From Octopus vulgaris (lineage: Eukaryota): 64,000 bases of DNA. Positions 43,944 to 56,815 of this stretch are shown here, piece by piece. Under the pieces are notes generated by a model. That model ran no database searches. It had not been told where the DNA came from and saw nothing but the letters and a program-made list of their open reading frames with translations. The stretch lies in the NCBI GenBank assembly GCA_951406725.2, contig OX597829.1:47678001-47742000 (forward strand). The letters are read 5' to 3'. Positions within the stretch are counted from its first letter, which is position 1. Each line of letters opens with the position of its first letter. A program made the translations under genes and the position numbers.

Positions 43944-44235
43944 TGTATGTATGTATGTATGTATGTATGTATGTATGTATGTATGTATGTATGTATGTAT
44001 GTATGTATGTATGTATGTATGTATGTATGTATGCACCTATGCATGCATGTATGTATGTATGTATGTATGTATGTATGTATGCATGTATGTATGTATGTAT
44101 CCATGTATATATATATATATATATAAATTCGGGGTGAGTACTTGATGATTATAAGCACCTGTGTATACCGTTTGGTGGTGTAGGTGGTGGAGTAAATTGA
44201 TCAAAATAAAATAAAAACATGATGCGAAGGATTCA

Positions 44236-44313
44236 GCGGTACATATGTTTCGGGCCTTTATTAGACAGATTTATAACAATGCATAATGTATGTCTGTGGC
44301 CTTCTTCAGCCGC
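44236..44313 (-). ncRNA. Type I hammerhead ribozyme motif with canonical core
   Basis: GCGG-CUGAAGA-AGGCC...GGCCC-GAAAC-AUAU-GUA-CCGC; stem I 4 GC pairs, palindromic AUAU loop, first stem II pair is an A-C mismatch. Confidence 0.75.
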
Positions 44314-44878
44314 GCACAACAGCTTCCGCAAGGACATGTGTTACATCAAAAATTCTTGGTTGGGGATGCAAATCCTCTCATTCACGTACGACATAATGCG
44401 GCAGCAGCATAGAATTGAAGCGTCCATCTCTTTCTTCTCTCAATGTAGAATGTATATATACATATATAAATATATATTTTTATTTTTAGGTATAAGTGAT
44501 GTACTCAAGTGTAGTTATGTTTTTAGCTTGTGCTTTTTCCATGATCATACGTGAGTATTTTATTTATATCCCATCGAAAGCTCTACTGAAGAAAGAATAT
44601 ATCTTTTTATAAGATTAATTCCGAAATTGATTCAATATAGAGATAACGAAATTTAAATTTTCTAAAGGTTAGTTGCCCGTTTTCAGTTTCAATTCTCCTG
44701 TAGCAAGCGGATTATAAGTGGATAAATCAGTGTATTGGCTTTAGAATAACCCTCTTTAGCCCTTAATTATATGATGTATATATATATATATATATATACT
44801 AATATGTATGTGTATATATATATATATATATATATACTAATATGCACGTATATATATATATACACCAAAATGTATTTA

Positions 44879-44946
<68 letters not shown>

Positions 44947-44947
<1 letters not shown>

Positions 44948-45336
44948 TAGCAGTATCGCCCGGCGTTGCTCAGGTTTGTAAGGGAAATAACTATAAAGCA
45001 TTTTTAGAGAGTTATAGCCAAAAGATAGCAAAAAATGGCAAAAAAATGGAAAAAAATGATGGTAAATTTTTTTTGAGAGTTAAAAAAGGATGGAGTTGCG
45101 TCCCCTAGACAATTTGTGGTTCGTGTTTCTGATTCTCGACCCCATGTCGAATTTATCGATTTTTTCAGAACTGGGGAAACTTTTCAAAATTTTGGCTGCG
45201 TTAGTTTTGAATTATGACATTGGGCTATGTGTGTGTCAAGTTTCATCAGAATCGGTTGAAAGCCGTGGTCAGGGTGAGGGTACGAGCAAACAGACACACA
45301 GAAACACGCACAGACAAACTGCCGTTTATATATAGA
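44947..45336 (-). mobile_element. Non-autonomous Helitron-like element (same 3' end as 33157 and 46707 copies, different 5' body)
   Basis: Plus strand ACTAGCAGTATCGCCCGGCGTTGCTC; minus-strand start TCTATATATAAACGGC. Confidence 0.7.
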
Positions 45337-45360
45337 TATATATATATATATATATATATA

Positions 45361-45500
45361 CCTGATAACTTTGATAGGTTTCGGCCACTATAGGCCCAGG
45401 CCACGTCTAACTTAATAGCACCACCTGATGAAGTCCTTTAATCATATATGGGGCAGCATGGCCCACTCTAGCAAAGAGTTATTATTGTCTCCAACAGTAA
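45361..45500 (-). mobile_element. LINE 3' end fragment homologous to 47900-48020
   Basis: Minus strand ATCAGGTGGTGCTATTAAGTTAGACGTGGCCTGG...CGAAAC. Confidence 0.65.
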
Positions 45501-45641
45501 TAACTGTCCCCGGGTGAAGAGCGTAGGTTCGAAACGTAAAAGGCTTCTTCATTTTCCTGAGTGTCAAACTAATACGCTTGCTTATAGTTCACACACCTGT
45601 CTTCATCTTCTAATTTTCTATAAATTTCAACTACGTGTTTA

Positions 45642-45711
<70 letters not shown>

Positions 45712-45959
45712 GCTGTCCATCTGCTTGACAACCGGTGTGTTTTCGTCCTCGTAACTTAGCGGTTCGGCAAAAGGATCCGATAGAATAAGTGTTAGGCTTA
45801 AAAGTGAAATATGCACTTGGGTCGATTCATTCGAATGAAAATTCATCCAGACGGTGTCCCAGCATGGCCACAGTCTAATGACTGAAGCAAGCAAAAGATG
45901 TATTTAGTTGTATTGAGCATAATGAGTGGGTGGGAGTTAGTCGGGGTTATGGACGAAAA

Positions 45960-46530
45960 TGCTTGATTGACATTTTATTTCATTGACCCCAGAAGATGAA
46001 GGATGAAGATGACTCCAGCGGAATTTGAACACAGAACGGAAAGAGCCGGAACGAATACCGCAATACATTTTCTTCTTGTGCATTAGCGATTATGTCAATC
46101 TACCGCCGCTCTAACGTGTAATACAAGAATTTTGTTCAAAATGTTTGCACAAAACCAGCAATTTCAATGGGGAGGTTTTAGCCGATTACGTCGACTCCTT
46201 TATATGACTGGTACCTTATTTTATCGACCACAAAAGTATGAAACGCAAAGTTAACCTCGGCGGTATTCGATCTCTGAAAGGTAAAGAACCGAAAAAAATT
46301 CTTACAAGCATTCTGTACGACGGGTTAACGATTCTGCCACCTCGCAGGCATTATCTTCGTATAGAAATGGTTTCAAGCTTTGATACAAGGCCAGCAAAAT
46401 AATATTAAAGGAGGGGTTTGTTGATTTCAGTGTTTGACTAGTACATATTTTATCGAACCCGATTGGACGAATGGCAAAGCCGACCTCGGTGGAATTTGAG
46501 CTCTATAACGATCCCTCTAGATCGCCACCT
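45960..46530 (-). mobile_element. Older tandem SINE C-related copies
   Basis: Three diverged ATCGACCCC...AAAG...GACCTCGGCGGAATTTGA-like units. Confidence 0.6.
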
Positions 46531-46706
46531 TCACGAGTAATGTAAGAAGAACTTCTTTATTGGTCATAAGGGCCCAGGACATGGAAGACAATATCAAGCG
46601 ACTAGTTTGCAACACACAGAAACGGGTGGTGGGTTATATCGATCAAAGGGAGATGCTACAATATTAAAGGATATAACAAAGGATATACAAATAGAAATTG
46701 AATAAA

Positions 46707-47103
46707 TCTTTATATATAAAAGAGAGGTTGTGTGTCTGTCTCCTACGATTTAGATTCGTAACTACTCCCACATTTTGCGGTGCAGTGTAACCAAAACCGA
46801 GTATCTTATAGTCGTGATTCATATCGAGCCCTTCTGGGTATTAGCGCGCGTCTACGATGAGTCTACGATTTAAAAAAAAAATTTACCATAATTTTTTTCC
46901 ATTTTAATGCAGTTTTCGCTATTATATAAGGGAAGTAACTCTCTAAAAATGTCTACGATGAGTCAACGATTTTTTAAAAAAAATACCATAATATTTTTCC
47001 CATTTTTAATGCATTTTTTGCTATTTTTTGGCTATAACTCTCTAAAAATGCTTATATAGTTATTTCCCTTACAAACCCGAGCAACGCCGGGCGATACTGC
47101 TAG
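46707..47103 (+). mobile_element. Non-autonomous Helitron-like element
   Basis: A|TC 5' end, subterminal hairpin, CTAG|T 3' end, no TSD. Confidence 0.8.
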
Positions 47104-47517
47104 TAAATAATAAATAGAATCCCCAAAAGCGGGGCAGTCCATTTAGGTTAATTCGGGGTAAACCCCAATAAAACCTTTTACTAAAATTTTGTAACACAAA
47201 GCCATCGCTGTTAATTTAAACAATTTAGTTTTTCCGCACATCTCTTCCCCCGCGCTCCCTCACACACACACACTCTCTCTCTTTCTTTATCGTTGTCTCA
47301 TGCTTTTTCTATATATTTTGCTTGTTTCAGGCATTGGACTGCGGCCATGCTGGAGCACCGTCTTAAAGAATGTAGTCGAACAAATCGACCCCGGTACATA
47401 TTTTTTTAAAGATCTCGTACTTATTCCACCGGTCTCTTTGGCCGAACCACTAACGCGCAGTAACTTAAACAAACCAAAATTGTTGTCAAGCGATGGTGGT
47501 GGTGACAAAACACAAAG

Positions 47518-47623
<106 letters not shown>

Positions 47624-47624
47624 G

Positions 47625-48020
47625 GAGAATGTACCGCCAACTTTGCCCAAACGACCTAAACATTAGCTTCAAGGTTCATCCAAGACTGGGACCACGGGCC
47701 ATACGTCCCCTGCCTAATTCAAGATCACAACATACATGTACACTGCAACATAATTTCTTTTCCTCAACAGGCCCTGCCCTATTTAACATTGTCCCGAGGG
47801 AGATCAAAGAGGAAAAGGATCCCATCAACTTTAAACGGAGTCTGGATAGATTCCTTCAAAGAATACCAGACAAGCCACCCATAATTGGATACAACTCACC
47901 CAACAAGAACTCACTACTTGAACAAAACTTGACTTAAACAGGATTCGAATAATCCTATCAGGTGGTGCTATTAAGTTAGATATGGCCTGGACCAATCTTT
48001 GGTCGAAACATATCTAAGTT
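47625..48020 (+). mobile_element. 5'-truncated L2/CR1-group LINE 3' end
   Basis: NFFSSTGPALFNIVPREIKEEKDPINFKRSLDRFLQRIPDKP, paralogous to 8108-8371; stem-loop 3' UTR. Confidence 0.75.
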
Positions 48021-48030
48021 TATATGTATA

Positions 48031-48199
<169 letters not shown>

Positions 48200-48626
48200 C
48201 TCGTCATCGTTGTTGTCATTTATTCGGAGGTCAACATCGATACAAAAGTTCTGTGATCTAATGCATCCATCCCCGACATGATAATTACGCCGCCGTTAAC
48301 TACGTAAAATTAACATGTCTAACTTGGAATTTCTATCAAAGGCGTAAGAATTCCTATCCTTTACTCGCTCGCTCCTCCTGGTCACAAGAAACCAATCGCA
48401 AAATAAAAAAAAGAAGAAAATTGTTTAAATAAACATAAACAAAGAAATGTACGGTTACTGTCTCCCATAGATGAAAGAGTCCGACTTAATGGACGGAGTA
48501 AAGAAACCAAATAGGTTTTACGTCAGACAGAAATAACTGTGTTGGGTGGAAATGCTTAAAGTATGTAGCTTAAAAAAGTTACATACGCGCGCAAGAACAC
48601 GTACAACATATATATATATATATATA

Positions 48627-48778
48627 GAATAAACCTTTACATATAAAAATAACGTGAAATACACGAAGGGACGAACATAAGAGACAGACGGGTCATTCAA
48701 AGCCTTCGTTCTTCAGTCAGAAACCGATTCCTCATCGCAGATTTCGGCTGTTTAATTCTGAGATCCGCTCTGAATCGG

Positions 48779-48842
<64 letters not shown>

Positions 48843-48847
48843 TTTAC

Positions 48848-48896
<49 letters not shown>

Positions 48897-49000
48897 TTTA
48901 CATAAATAAATAACGTGAAATACACGAAGGGACGAACATAAGAGACAGACGGGTCATTCAAAGCCTTCGTTCTTCAGTCAGAAACCGATTCATCATTGCA
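48627..49000. repeat. Tandem partial copies of a TA-embedded element (48627-48780, 48836-48851, 48890-49000)
   Basis: ATAAACCTTTACATA...CAGAAACCGATTC repeated, separated by (TA)n. Confidence 0.75.
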
Positions 49001-49024
49001 AATATATATATATATATATATATA

Positions 49025-50548
49025 CAGGGGTTGGACAAAATAATGCATCATAATTTTGAATTATCAATAAAACCGTCAAAAGCTTGTTTATTTTTATGTT
49101 TTTTTGATTTATTATAATAGTGTTGCTTAATATGTTTTGCTAAAATTGTTGTTTCTTTTCAGATATCATTAGAAAAAGGTAATTAAAATTCATAAAAATG
49201 ACAGATCTATCGGACTTTCAAAGAGGTCAAATTGTTGGTGCTCGTATGTTTGGTGTATCAAGAAGTGCTGTCTCGAAAGTAATGGCAACCTTTGAGAAAG
49301 AGGGAAAACCTCCCTGTCGAAACAAAACTCTTGAAGAAAACCAAAACCTTCAGATAGGCGCAGGAGTGGCTGTGTGGTAAGTAGCTTGCTTGCCAACCAT
49401 ATAGTTCCGGGTTCAGTCCCACTGCGTGGCACTTTGGGCAAGTGTCTCTTACTATAGCCTCGAGCCGACCAAAGCCTTGTGAGTGGATTTGGTAGACGGA
49501 AACTGAAAGAAGCCTGTCGTGTATATGTATATATATATGTGTGTTTGTGTGTCTGTGTTTGTCCTCCCAACATCGCTTGACAACCGATACTGGTGTGTTC
49601 ATGTCCCCGTAACCTAGCGGTTCGGCAAAAGATACCGATAGAATGAGTACTAGGCTTACAAAGAATAAGCCGAATAAAGGTGGTGCTCCAGCATGGCCGC
49701 AGTCAAATGACTGAAACAAGTAAAAGAGTAAAAGAGAGTAAGAGTATAGGGACCGTCGGACTCCTACGCGAATTGTTAGAAAGGCTCACAGAAGTACAGC
49801 ATCCAAAATTACTGCAGAGCTTAATGACCACCTCCAGAACCCACTTTCCACAAAAACTGTTCGCCGGGAGCTGCATAAAGCTGGATTTCATGAAAGGGCT
49901 GCAATCAAGAAACCACTACTTTCAAAAACAAATGTTGCAAAGCGTTTAGAGTGGAGTAAAAACCTACAGAATTGATCCCTAGAGCAGTGGAAGAATGTTA
50001 TTTTCTTGGACGAGTCATCCTTTACCTTATTTCCGACCATCGCCCGAGTATACGTGTAAAGACAGCCAAAAGAAGCATTGGATCCACACTGCCTTCTTCC
50101 AACTGTTAAACATGGAGGGGGATCTGTCATGATCTGGGCGGGGGCTATATCTTGGAAATCCGCTGGCAGATTCATAGCATAATTAATTGTGAAGACTATT
50201 TAAGCATTTTAATTAATCAAATTCATCCTATGGTTGTGGAACTGTTTCCAGAGGGAAACGCAATCTTTCAAGATGATAATTCACACAACTAAAATTGTTG
50301 CTGAATGGCATGAATAACATTCTAGTGAAGTCGAACATCTTATCTGGACACCACAGTCCTCAGATCACAATATTATTGAACATTTATGGTACATTTTAGA
50401 AAAACAAATAAGGAATCGATATCTTCCACCATCTTCACTACAAGAACTGGAGACTGTTTTAGCTGAGAAATGGACAAAAATTCCTTTGGAAACAATTCAA
50501 ACTTTGTACGAATTCAAACCTCGTAGAATTCAAGTTGTAATTACTGCC
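49025..50548 (+). mobile_element. Near full-length decayed Tc1 transposon interrupted by SINE A (49356-49745)
   Basis: Left TIR TA|CAGGGGTTGGACAAAATAATG; MTDLSDFQRGQIVGARM...; catalytic motifs FLDES, FQDDN and DHNIIEHLW with stops and frameshifts; right TIR missing. Confidence 0.9.
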
Positions 50549-50714
50549 ATATAGAAAAAATAAATATACTATATACACCATATTATAAAAATCAATAAAT
50601 ATATAAACAATAAATAGTAAATAGTGGTCAATTTGCTACTATTTAGTATTTATTGTTTATGTACTCTATTGATTTTTATAATAAGGTTTTTATAGTATAT
50701 GTTTTCTATATGGT
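50547..50714. repeat. Imperfect AT-rich hairpin replacing the Tc1 right end
   Basis: CCATATAGAAAA...TAAATAGT versus ACTATTTA...TTTTCTATATGG. Confidence 0.6.
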
Positions 50715-51532
50715 GTGAATAACATCTTTCATTGTTGAATTGCTCAATAGAGGTTTTTCTCTAAATTATATAAATATATTATATATTGTGAAATTTAATT
50801 TAGAATTGCTAAATTGAATTTTTCCCTGTAAGTTTGGAATTATATTCCCTAATATTATTATTATTACAATATATATACATACACACATACACGCATGCCA
50901 ATTTACGTATATGTACACATATATACATACACATATAATTATATGCATATGGACATACATAGATACTTCATACAGCACAGTGGTTAAAAAGTCGGGTTTA
51001 CAATCTTGAGATGTGAGTTGTGTCTTATTTTTTGAGCACTGAGTTGTGTATTTTTGTTCTTGAGCAAAACACTTTATTTCGGATTGCCCCAGCTTTTCAA
51101 CGACGTCATGTACATGCATTCATACATACGTACCAGGCTCGTCCCCTCAGTAATTACTCAGGGTACGCAGTTGGCAAACTTTATGTAGTAAAACACAAAA
51201 AATAAGCGAAACACAGGCGCGCGACTGAATTGAAGGCAGATATATTTCTGCCTTTACAACACGTAAAGAAAATACTGTTGTATACTACAGCAGTACTCTG
51301 CATAGCTTAAATACTGAGATTGAAAAGCAAGGACGAATTATGCCTACCTAATCTGCAAAAAAAAAATCAAATATTTTGTATTTTATGCATAGTAATCAGA
51401 GTAACCTTCATAATTTTATTGAATTAGGTACATATTTTGCCATAAAAGGAAAATGTTGCTATCGATCTATTTTATTCAAGGTAGGCATGTCTCTGATGCA
51501 TACATACATACATACATACATACATACATACA

Positions 51533-51566
<34 letters not shown>

Positions 51567-52787
51567 AATGCATACATACATACATACATACATACATACA
51601 TACATACATACATACATACATACATACATACATACATGAAAGAGGCGACTCCAGTTCATCAGCATCTCACGGTCTCATCACAGATTTCATCACTTAGGCA
51701 CATCACAGATTTTGTTTAGGAAACATGCCAACTCGAAGAATTTCACGTTTTACCGCTTTGTTTCTAGCCCTAAATGGCTTAATTTCTTTATATCTAGCAC
51801 TATGTCTTTCTCCATTTCTAAGTTAAGAGTAAAAATAAAGCAACCCTGCAAAACACAACTGATCTTTATACAGAAATGATCAGAATAACAGCGATCAAAT
51901 AATGACAACACAACAAACATCAGCGATCTGACTGTCGCCTGTATCCTTGACAAGAGGTGCCAATAAGTCTTTTAGACCTACCAGACTCGTCCATATTAGC
52001 CCAAGTTGCTGGATAATTTTTTGTTCATTTAGAACCATTGTAGAACGGAAACTTTCATAGATTGAATTTAAATCCTAATCTCTATAGAAATTTATTATTT
52101 CAAGAAAACTTTGAATTTGAATTACTATTTATTTTTACGATTATAGATAACAACTCGGCTGTAACTTCTGAGCCCAAGTCAGGCGTGTGTGTGTAAGATG
52201 TCAAGCGAACGTCTGCTACGAATGATATTTTTTGACCCTCTAAAGCGACCGTCAGATGCTAAACGATAATAAATGAACTGCGACCAGGCTCAATAAAAGG
52301 AGCCCGAGTTATTGGCTGCAATTACATACTTGAAGCCAGCGTTGGCAGAAATTAAATCAACTTGCAAAATACACGTTCACTTTACTAAATTTATACTCGG
52401 GTTAAGCCCGAACAGCCCGAGTGTCGGAGTCACCACTGATACATGAATATATATTTACATACATTCATGCGCACACAGATACATACAATAAACAAACGAA
52501 CAAGCAGACTGACAGATTGATAAATAGACGGAAAGATAATTTTAAGGTATTACCGTCTTTATTTCATGTCTCACTAATTAACATTCCTTACAGACACACA
52601 CACACACACACTCACACTCACTCACGCGCACACGCACACAGACACACACACACACACGTACACTCACACTCACTCATGCACGCACACACACAAAATTACC
52701 ATCACCACCAACACCAATGCACTCGCACGCATACATATGGCCAGATAGACAGACAGACTGACAGAAGACATAAAACGTAGATAAATG

Positions 52788-52854
<67 letters not shown>

Positions 52855-52879
52855 ACATATATATATATATGTATATATA

Positions 52880-53011
52880 GGCTGTGTGTGTAATTAGCTT
52901 GCTTCCCAACCACATGGTTCCCGGTTCAGTCCCACTGAGTGGCACCTTGGGCGAGTGTCTTCTATTATAGCTTCAGGCCGACCAAAGCTTTGTGAGTGAA
53001 AGAAGACCGTC

Positions 53012-53054
<43 letters not shown>

Positions 53055-53401
53055 GAGAGAGAGAGAGAGAGAGAGACCTGGAGCAACGAGAACTGATGTG
53101 TCTTGCTTAAGGACACAACGCGTTGCTGGGAATTCAAGACCTTATGATCGTGAGCCCAATGCCCTGACCACTAAGCCGCGTGCCTTCACTCAGTCCACTC
53201 AGCTGGCAAAAGTGATTTGTACCTGTATTTCAAAGGGCCATCTTTGTCACACTCTGTTTCACGCCGAATCTCCCTGAAAACTACATTAAGGGTACACATG
53301 TCTGCGGTGTACTCAGCCACTTGCATTTCAATTTCACGAGCAGTCTGTTCCGTTGATCGTATCAGCTGGGACCCTCGTCGTCGTAACCGACGTAATGCTC
53401 C

Positions 53402-53456
<55 letters not shown>

Positions 53457-53725
53457 ATGTATGTATGTATGTTTGTATGTGTGTATGTATATATATATAC
53501 ATATATATTTCTGTGTGTGGGTCTGTGCTTGCCACCACCCCCACCATCACTTGACAACCGATGTTGATGTGTTTACGTATCAGTAACAGTAGCGTTTCGA
53601 CAAAAGAGACCGATAGAATAAGTACTAGACTTACAAAGACTAAATCCTGGGAGTCGATTTGCTCGACTTAAAGGCGGTGCTCCAGCATGGCAGCAGTCAA
53701 ATGACTGAAACAAGTAAACGAAGAA
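52880..53725 (+). mobile_element. SINE A with a nested, internally inverted SINE B (53078-53398)
   Basis: A head 52880-53015 and A tail 53510-53725; B head on the minus strand, B body on the plus strand. Confidence 0.75.
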
Positions 53726-53741
53726 AAGTAAGTATACACAC

Positions 53742-53778
<37 letters not shown>

Positions 53779-54261
53779 AGTATATTATGTATGTACATAC
53801 ATATATGTATACTGACATATATATGCACACGTATACACTCATACAAAGCACACACACATACTCATACCCATACACATATGAACGCATATGTTTATTCATT
53901 TATTTCTTCTTTCGTCTTATTGTCCATTTATGTTTCTTCGTTACTGTCAAATTTTCCCTTTGATCTTATCTTATCTCCACAAACTTTTCATGTATATCGT
54001 TATAAGACACCTGAAGTAAGTTAATTAGTTATATTTCGAATTTAATTTATCCTAGCATTCTCACAATAATACCCCCCACAATACCCTCCTCCACCTCACA
54101 ATCACTCCAAACACATTTTTAACACAACAGTTTATTGTAATATCCAATTTATGATTAATTTTTTTTTCTTTCTTTGTGTATTTTCTGTTCTAATACACCT
54201 GAATATTCCGTACACATTGAGTTGTATAGAAAAAAAAAAACACTATTGCTTACTTCTACAC

Positions 54262-54682
54262 TCTCTTACTCTTTACTCTTTTACTTGTTTCAGTCATTTG
54301 ACTGCGGCCATGCTGGAGCACCACCTTTAATCGAGCAACTCGACCCCGGGACTTATTCTTTTGTAAGCCCAGTACTTATTCTATCGGTCTCTTTTTGCCG
54401 AACCGCTAAGTTACGGGGACGTAAACACGCCAGCATCGGTTGTCAAGCAATGCTAGGGGGGACAAACACAGACACACAAACATATACACACATATACATA
54501 TATATATATACATATATACGACAGGCTTCTTTCAGTTTCCGTCTACCAAATCCACTCACAAGGCTTTGGTCGGCCCGAGGCTATAGCAGAAGACACTTGC
54601 CCAAGATGCCACGCAGTGGGACTGAACCCGGAACCATGTGGTTGGTAGACAGGCTACTTACCACACAGCCACTCCTGCGCCT
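54262..54682 (-). mobile_element. SINE family A, full length, young
   Basis: Matches 12780-13187. Confidence 0.9.
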
Positions 54683-55079
54683 ACGTATTTCTCAGTATAA
54701 ATCAGTCGAGAATATTGTTCCGTAGATGATGATCGTCTCACTACTCGAGACAGTCATGACTATCACGCCAAATGAAATAATTGTTTTGACGATAATAAAT
54801 TATGTGAGCAAATTTGGAATAAGTTCGTACGCCTTGGGGAGGCGTGAATATTGAGGTTAACTCGCAAAAAGACTTCTGCAGAGAGAAAACGATTAATTCT
54901 CTCTCTCTTTTTTTTTTTTTCTGGTTCTAAAACGTCTTTGCTTGAAATCAGTATTTTGTACCATGCTTCCTTCTTTTCGTGACATACTTCTTTTCTTCCA
55001 AACACCAAAGCCTATTCGCTCTCAGTTCAGTAAAATCTATGTTTATGCAGATGGTACTGTTCTGTCTTCTTTCTTAAAA

Positions 55080-55602
55080 AGCGTGGTTGTGTGGTTAGAA
55101 GCTTGCTTCCGAACCACATGGTTCCGTGGTTCCGGGTTCATTCCCACTACATGGTACCTTTGATAAGTGTCTTCTACTATAGCCTTATGCCGACTAAAAC
55201 CTTTTTGGTATATATGTATATACTCTCTTTTACTCTTCTACTTGTTTCTGTCATTCTGTCATTCGAGCAAATCGATCCCAGGACTTATTCTTTGTAAGCT
55301 TAGTACTTATTCTATCGGTCTCTTTTGCCGAACCGCAAAGTTACGTGGTCTCAAACACACCAGCAACGGTGGTCAAGCGATGTTGGGTGGGGACAAATAC
55401 AGACACAAACGAACACACACACACATATATATAGATATATACGACGGGCTTCTTTCAGTTTCTGTCTACCAAATCCACTCACAAGGCTTTGGTCGGCCCG
55501 AAGATATGGTAGAAGACACTTGCCCAAGGTGCCACGCAGTGGGACTGAACCCGGAACCACATGGTTGGTAAGCAAGCTACTTACCACATAGCCACTCCTG
55601 CG

Positions 55603-55604
<2 letters not shown>
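55080..55604. mobile_element. SINE A head (plus, 55080-55200) and SINE A copy (minus, 55220-55604)
   Basis: Family A motifs in opposite orientations. Confidence 0.8.
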
Positions 55605-55668
<64 letters not shown>

Positions 55669-55700
55669 AAAAAATAAGCAACAAGAATGGATCCGGTAAT

Positions 55701-55785
55701 TTAGTACAATTGTTTCATACTATAACAATTTATTAAAGCTGTAAATATTACAGCAAATATAATATGTCAAGTAATCTTCAGCTAA
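55701..55785 (-). ncRNA. Type I hammerhead ribozyme motif, canonical core (left arm)
   Basis: Reverse complement of 55853-55937. Confidence 0.7.
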
Positions 55786-55852
55786 TTTCATATAGGTTTT
55801 CCAATAATGTAATGATTTGAGAACTTTACATTATTGGAAAACCTATATGAAA

Positions 55853-55937
55853 TTAGCTGAAGATTACTTGACATATTATATTTGCTGTAATATTTGCAGC
55901 TTTAAAAATTTGTTATAGTATGAAACAATTGTACTAA
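55853..55937 (+). ncRNA. Type I hammerhead ribozyme motif, canonical core (right arm)
   Basis: UUAG-CUGAAGA-UUACU...AGUAU-GAAAC-AAUU-GUA-CUAA; palindromic AAUU loop; first stem II pair is U-U. Confidence 0.7.
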
Positions 55938-56070
55938 ATTACCGGATCCATTCTTGTTGCTTATTTTTTGGTTATAATCACCCCACATAATTTTATGGGT
56001 AATGCCATAAAAATTCTGGTGCATCTAAATTAAGTACCATATTCATTTGAATCTAAATTGTTTTGCTGAA

Positions 56071-56130
<60 letters not shown>

Positions 56131-56301
56131 ATGGAGAAACATACTTAAATCAATAAAACATCAACTATCAGATGATATCCAATCAATACTTTAATACACC
56201 ATTACATATCAGTAAAGGCATTATACAAAATATACAGTAAGAGTAAATAGACAAAGAGATATAAGTAAAAAATATCAAATATAATATGTAATTAAATCAA
56301 A

Positions 56302-56411
56302 TCTGACAGCTGTTTCGGCAGTGAGGGCAGTCATACCTCATTTAACCTATAAGCCATAAAGGCAGGTATAAATGAGGCATTAACAAGGATGCCCCACGGC
56401 CTCTTCAGAGA
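56302..56411 (-). ncRNA. Type I hammerhead ribozyme motif with canonical core and GC-rich stem II
   Basis: UCU-CUGAAGA-GGCCGUGGGGC...GCCCUCACUGCC-GAAAC-AGCU-GUC-AGA. Confidence 0.8.
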
Positions 56412-56751
56412 ATTAAATTAAATTTGTTATAATTGTGAAAAATATTATTTAACCATATACATATAAATATAAAAATATAAAAATGTAAAATATAAAAACT
56501 TATACATCATAATGCTACACTTATATAATATAATACTCATTGGTACAATAATGGAAGGTAAACAGAACAAAATAAAACAAAATATTTATCAGTGTATATA
56601 TTAATATTAATAAGCACCGATATTATACATATTTGGCTAATAGTTTAAAAAAAAAAAAATAACACATAGGGAGATGAAAAATAATAATTAAAACCATGGT
56701 TCAGTTCATAAAATTATAAAGCTATAAAAGTTAATAAAAATTACTATTAAT

Positions 56752-56815
<64 letters not shown>

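Larger units (their letters stand above)
55666..55972. repeat. ~147-bp-arm near-perfect hairpin, each arm carrying a hammerhead motif
   Basis: Arms 55666-55812 / 55826-55972, 13-nt loop, about 2 mismatches. Confidence 0.9.

Noticed and set aside
45376-45460. CTGATGA near GGCC-stem-GAAAC, resembling a hammerhead
   Set aside because: The two parts are on opposite strands; the segment is a LINE 3' UTR homologous to 47960-48010.
48700-48752. Possible type II hammerhead on the minus strand (GCCGAAAU...CUGAAGA)
   Set aside because: Cleavage triplet would be AUG and stems I and II are offset from the core.
54174-54725. 183-aa ORF and similar ORFs (12961, 49258, 55167, 61732)
   Set aside because: Chance read-through of SINE family A.
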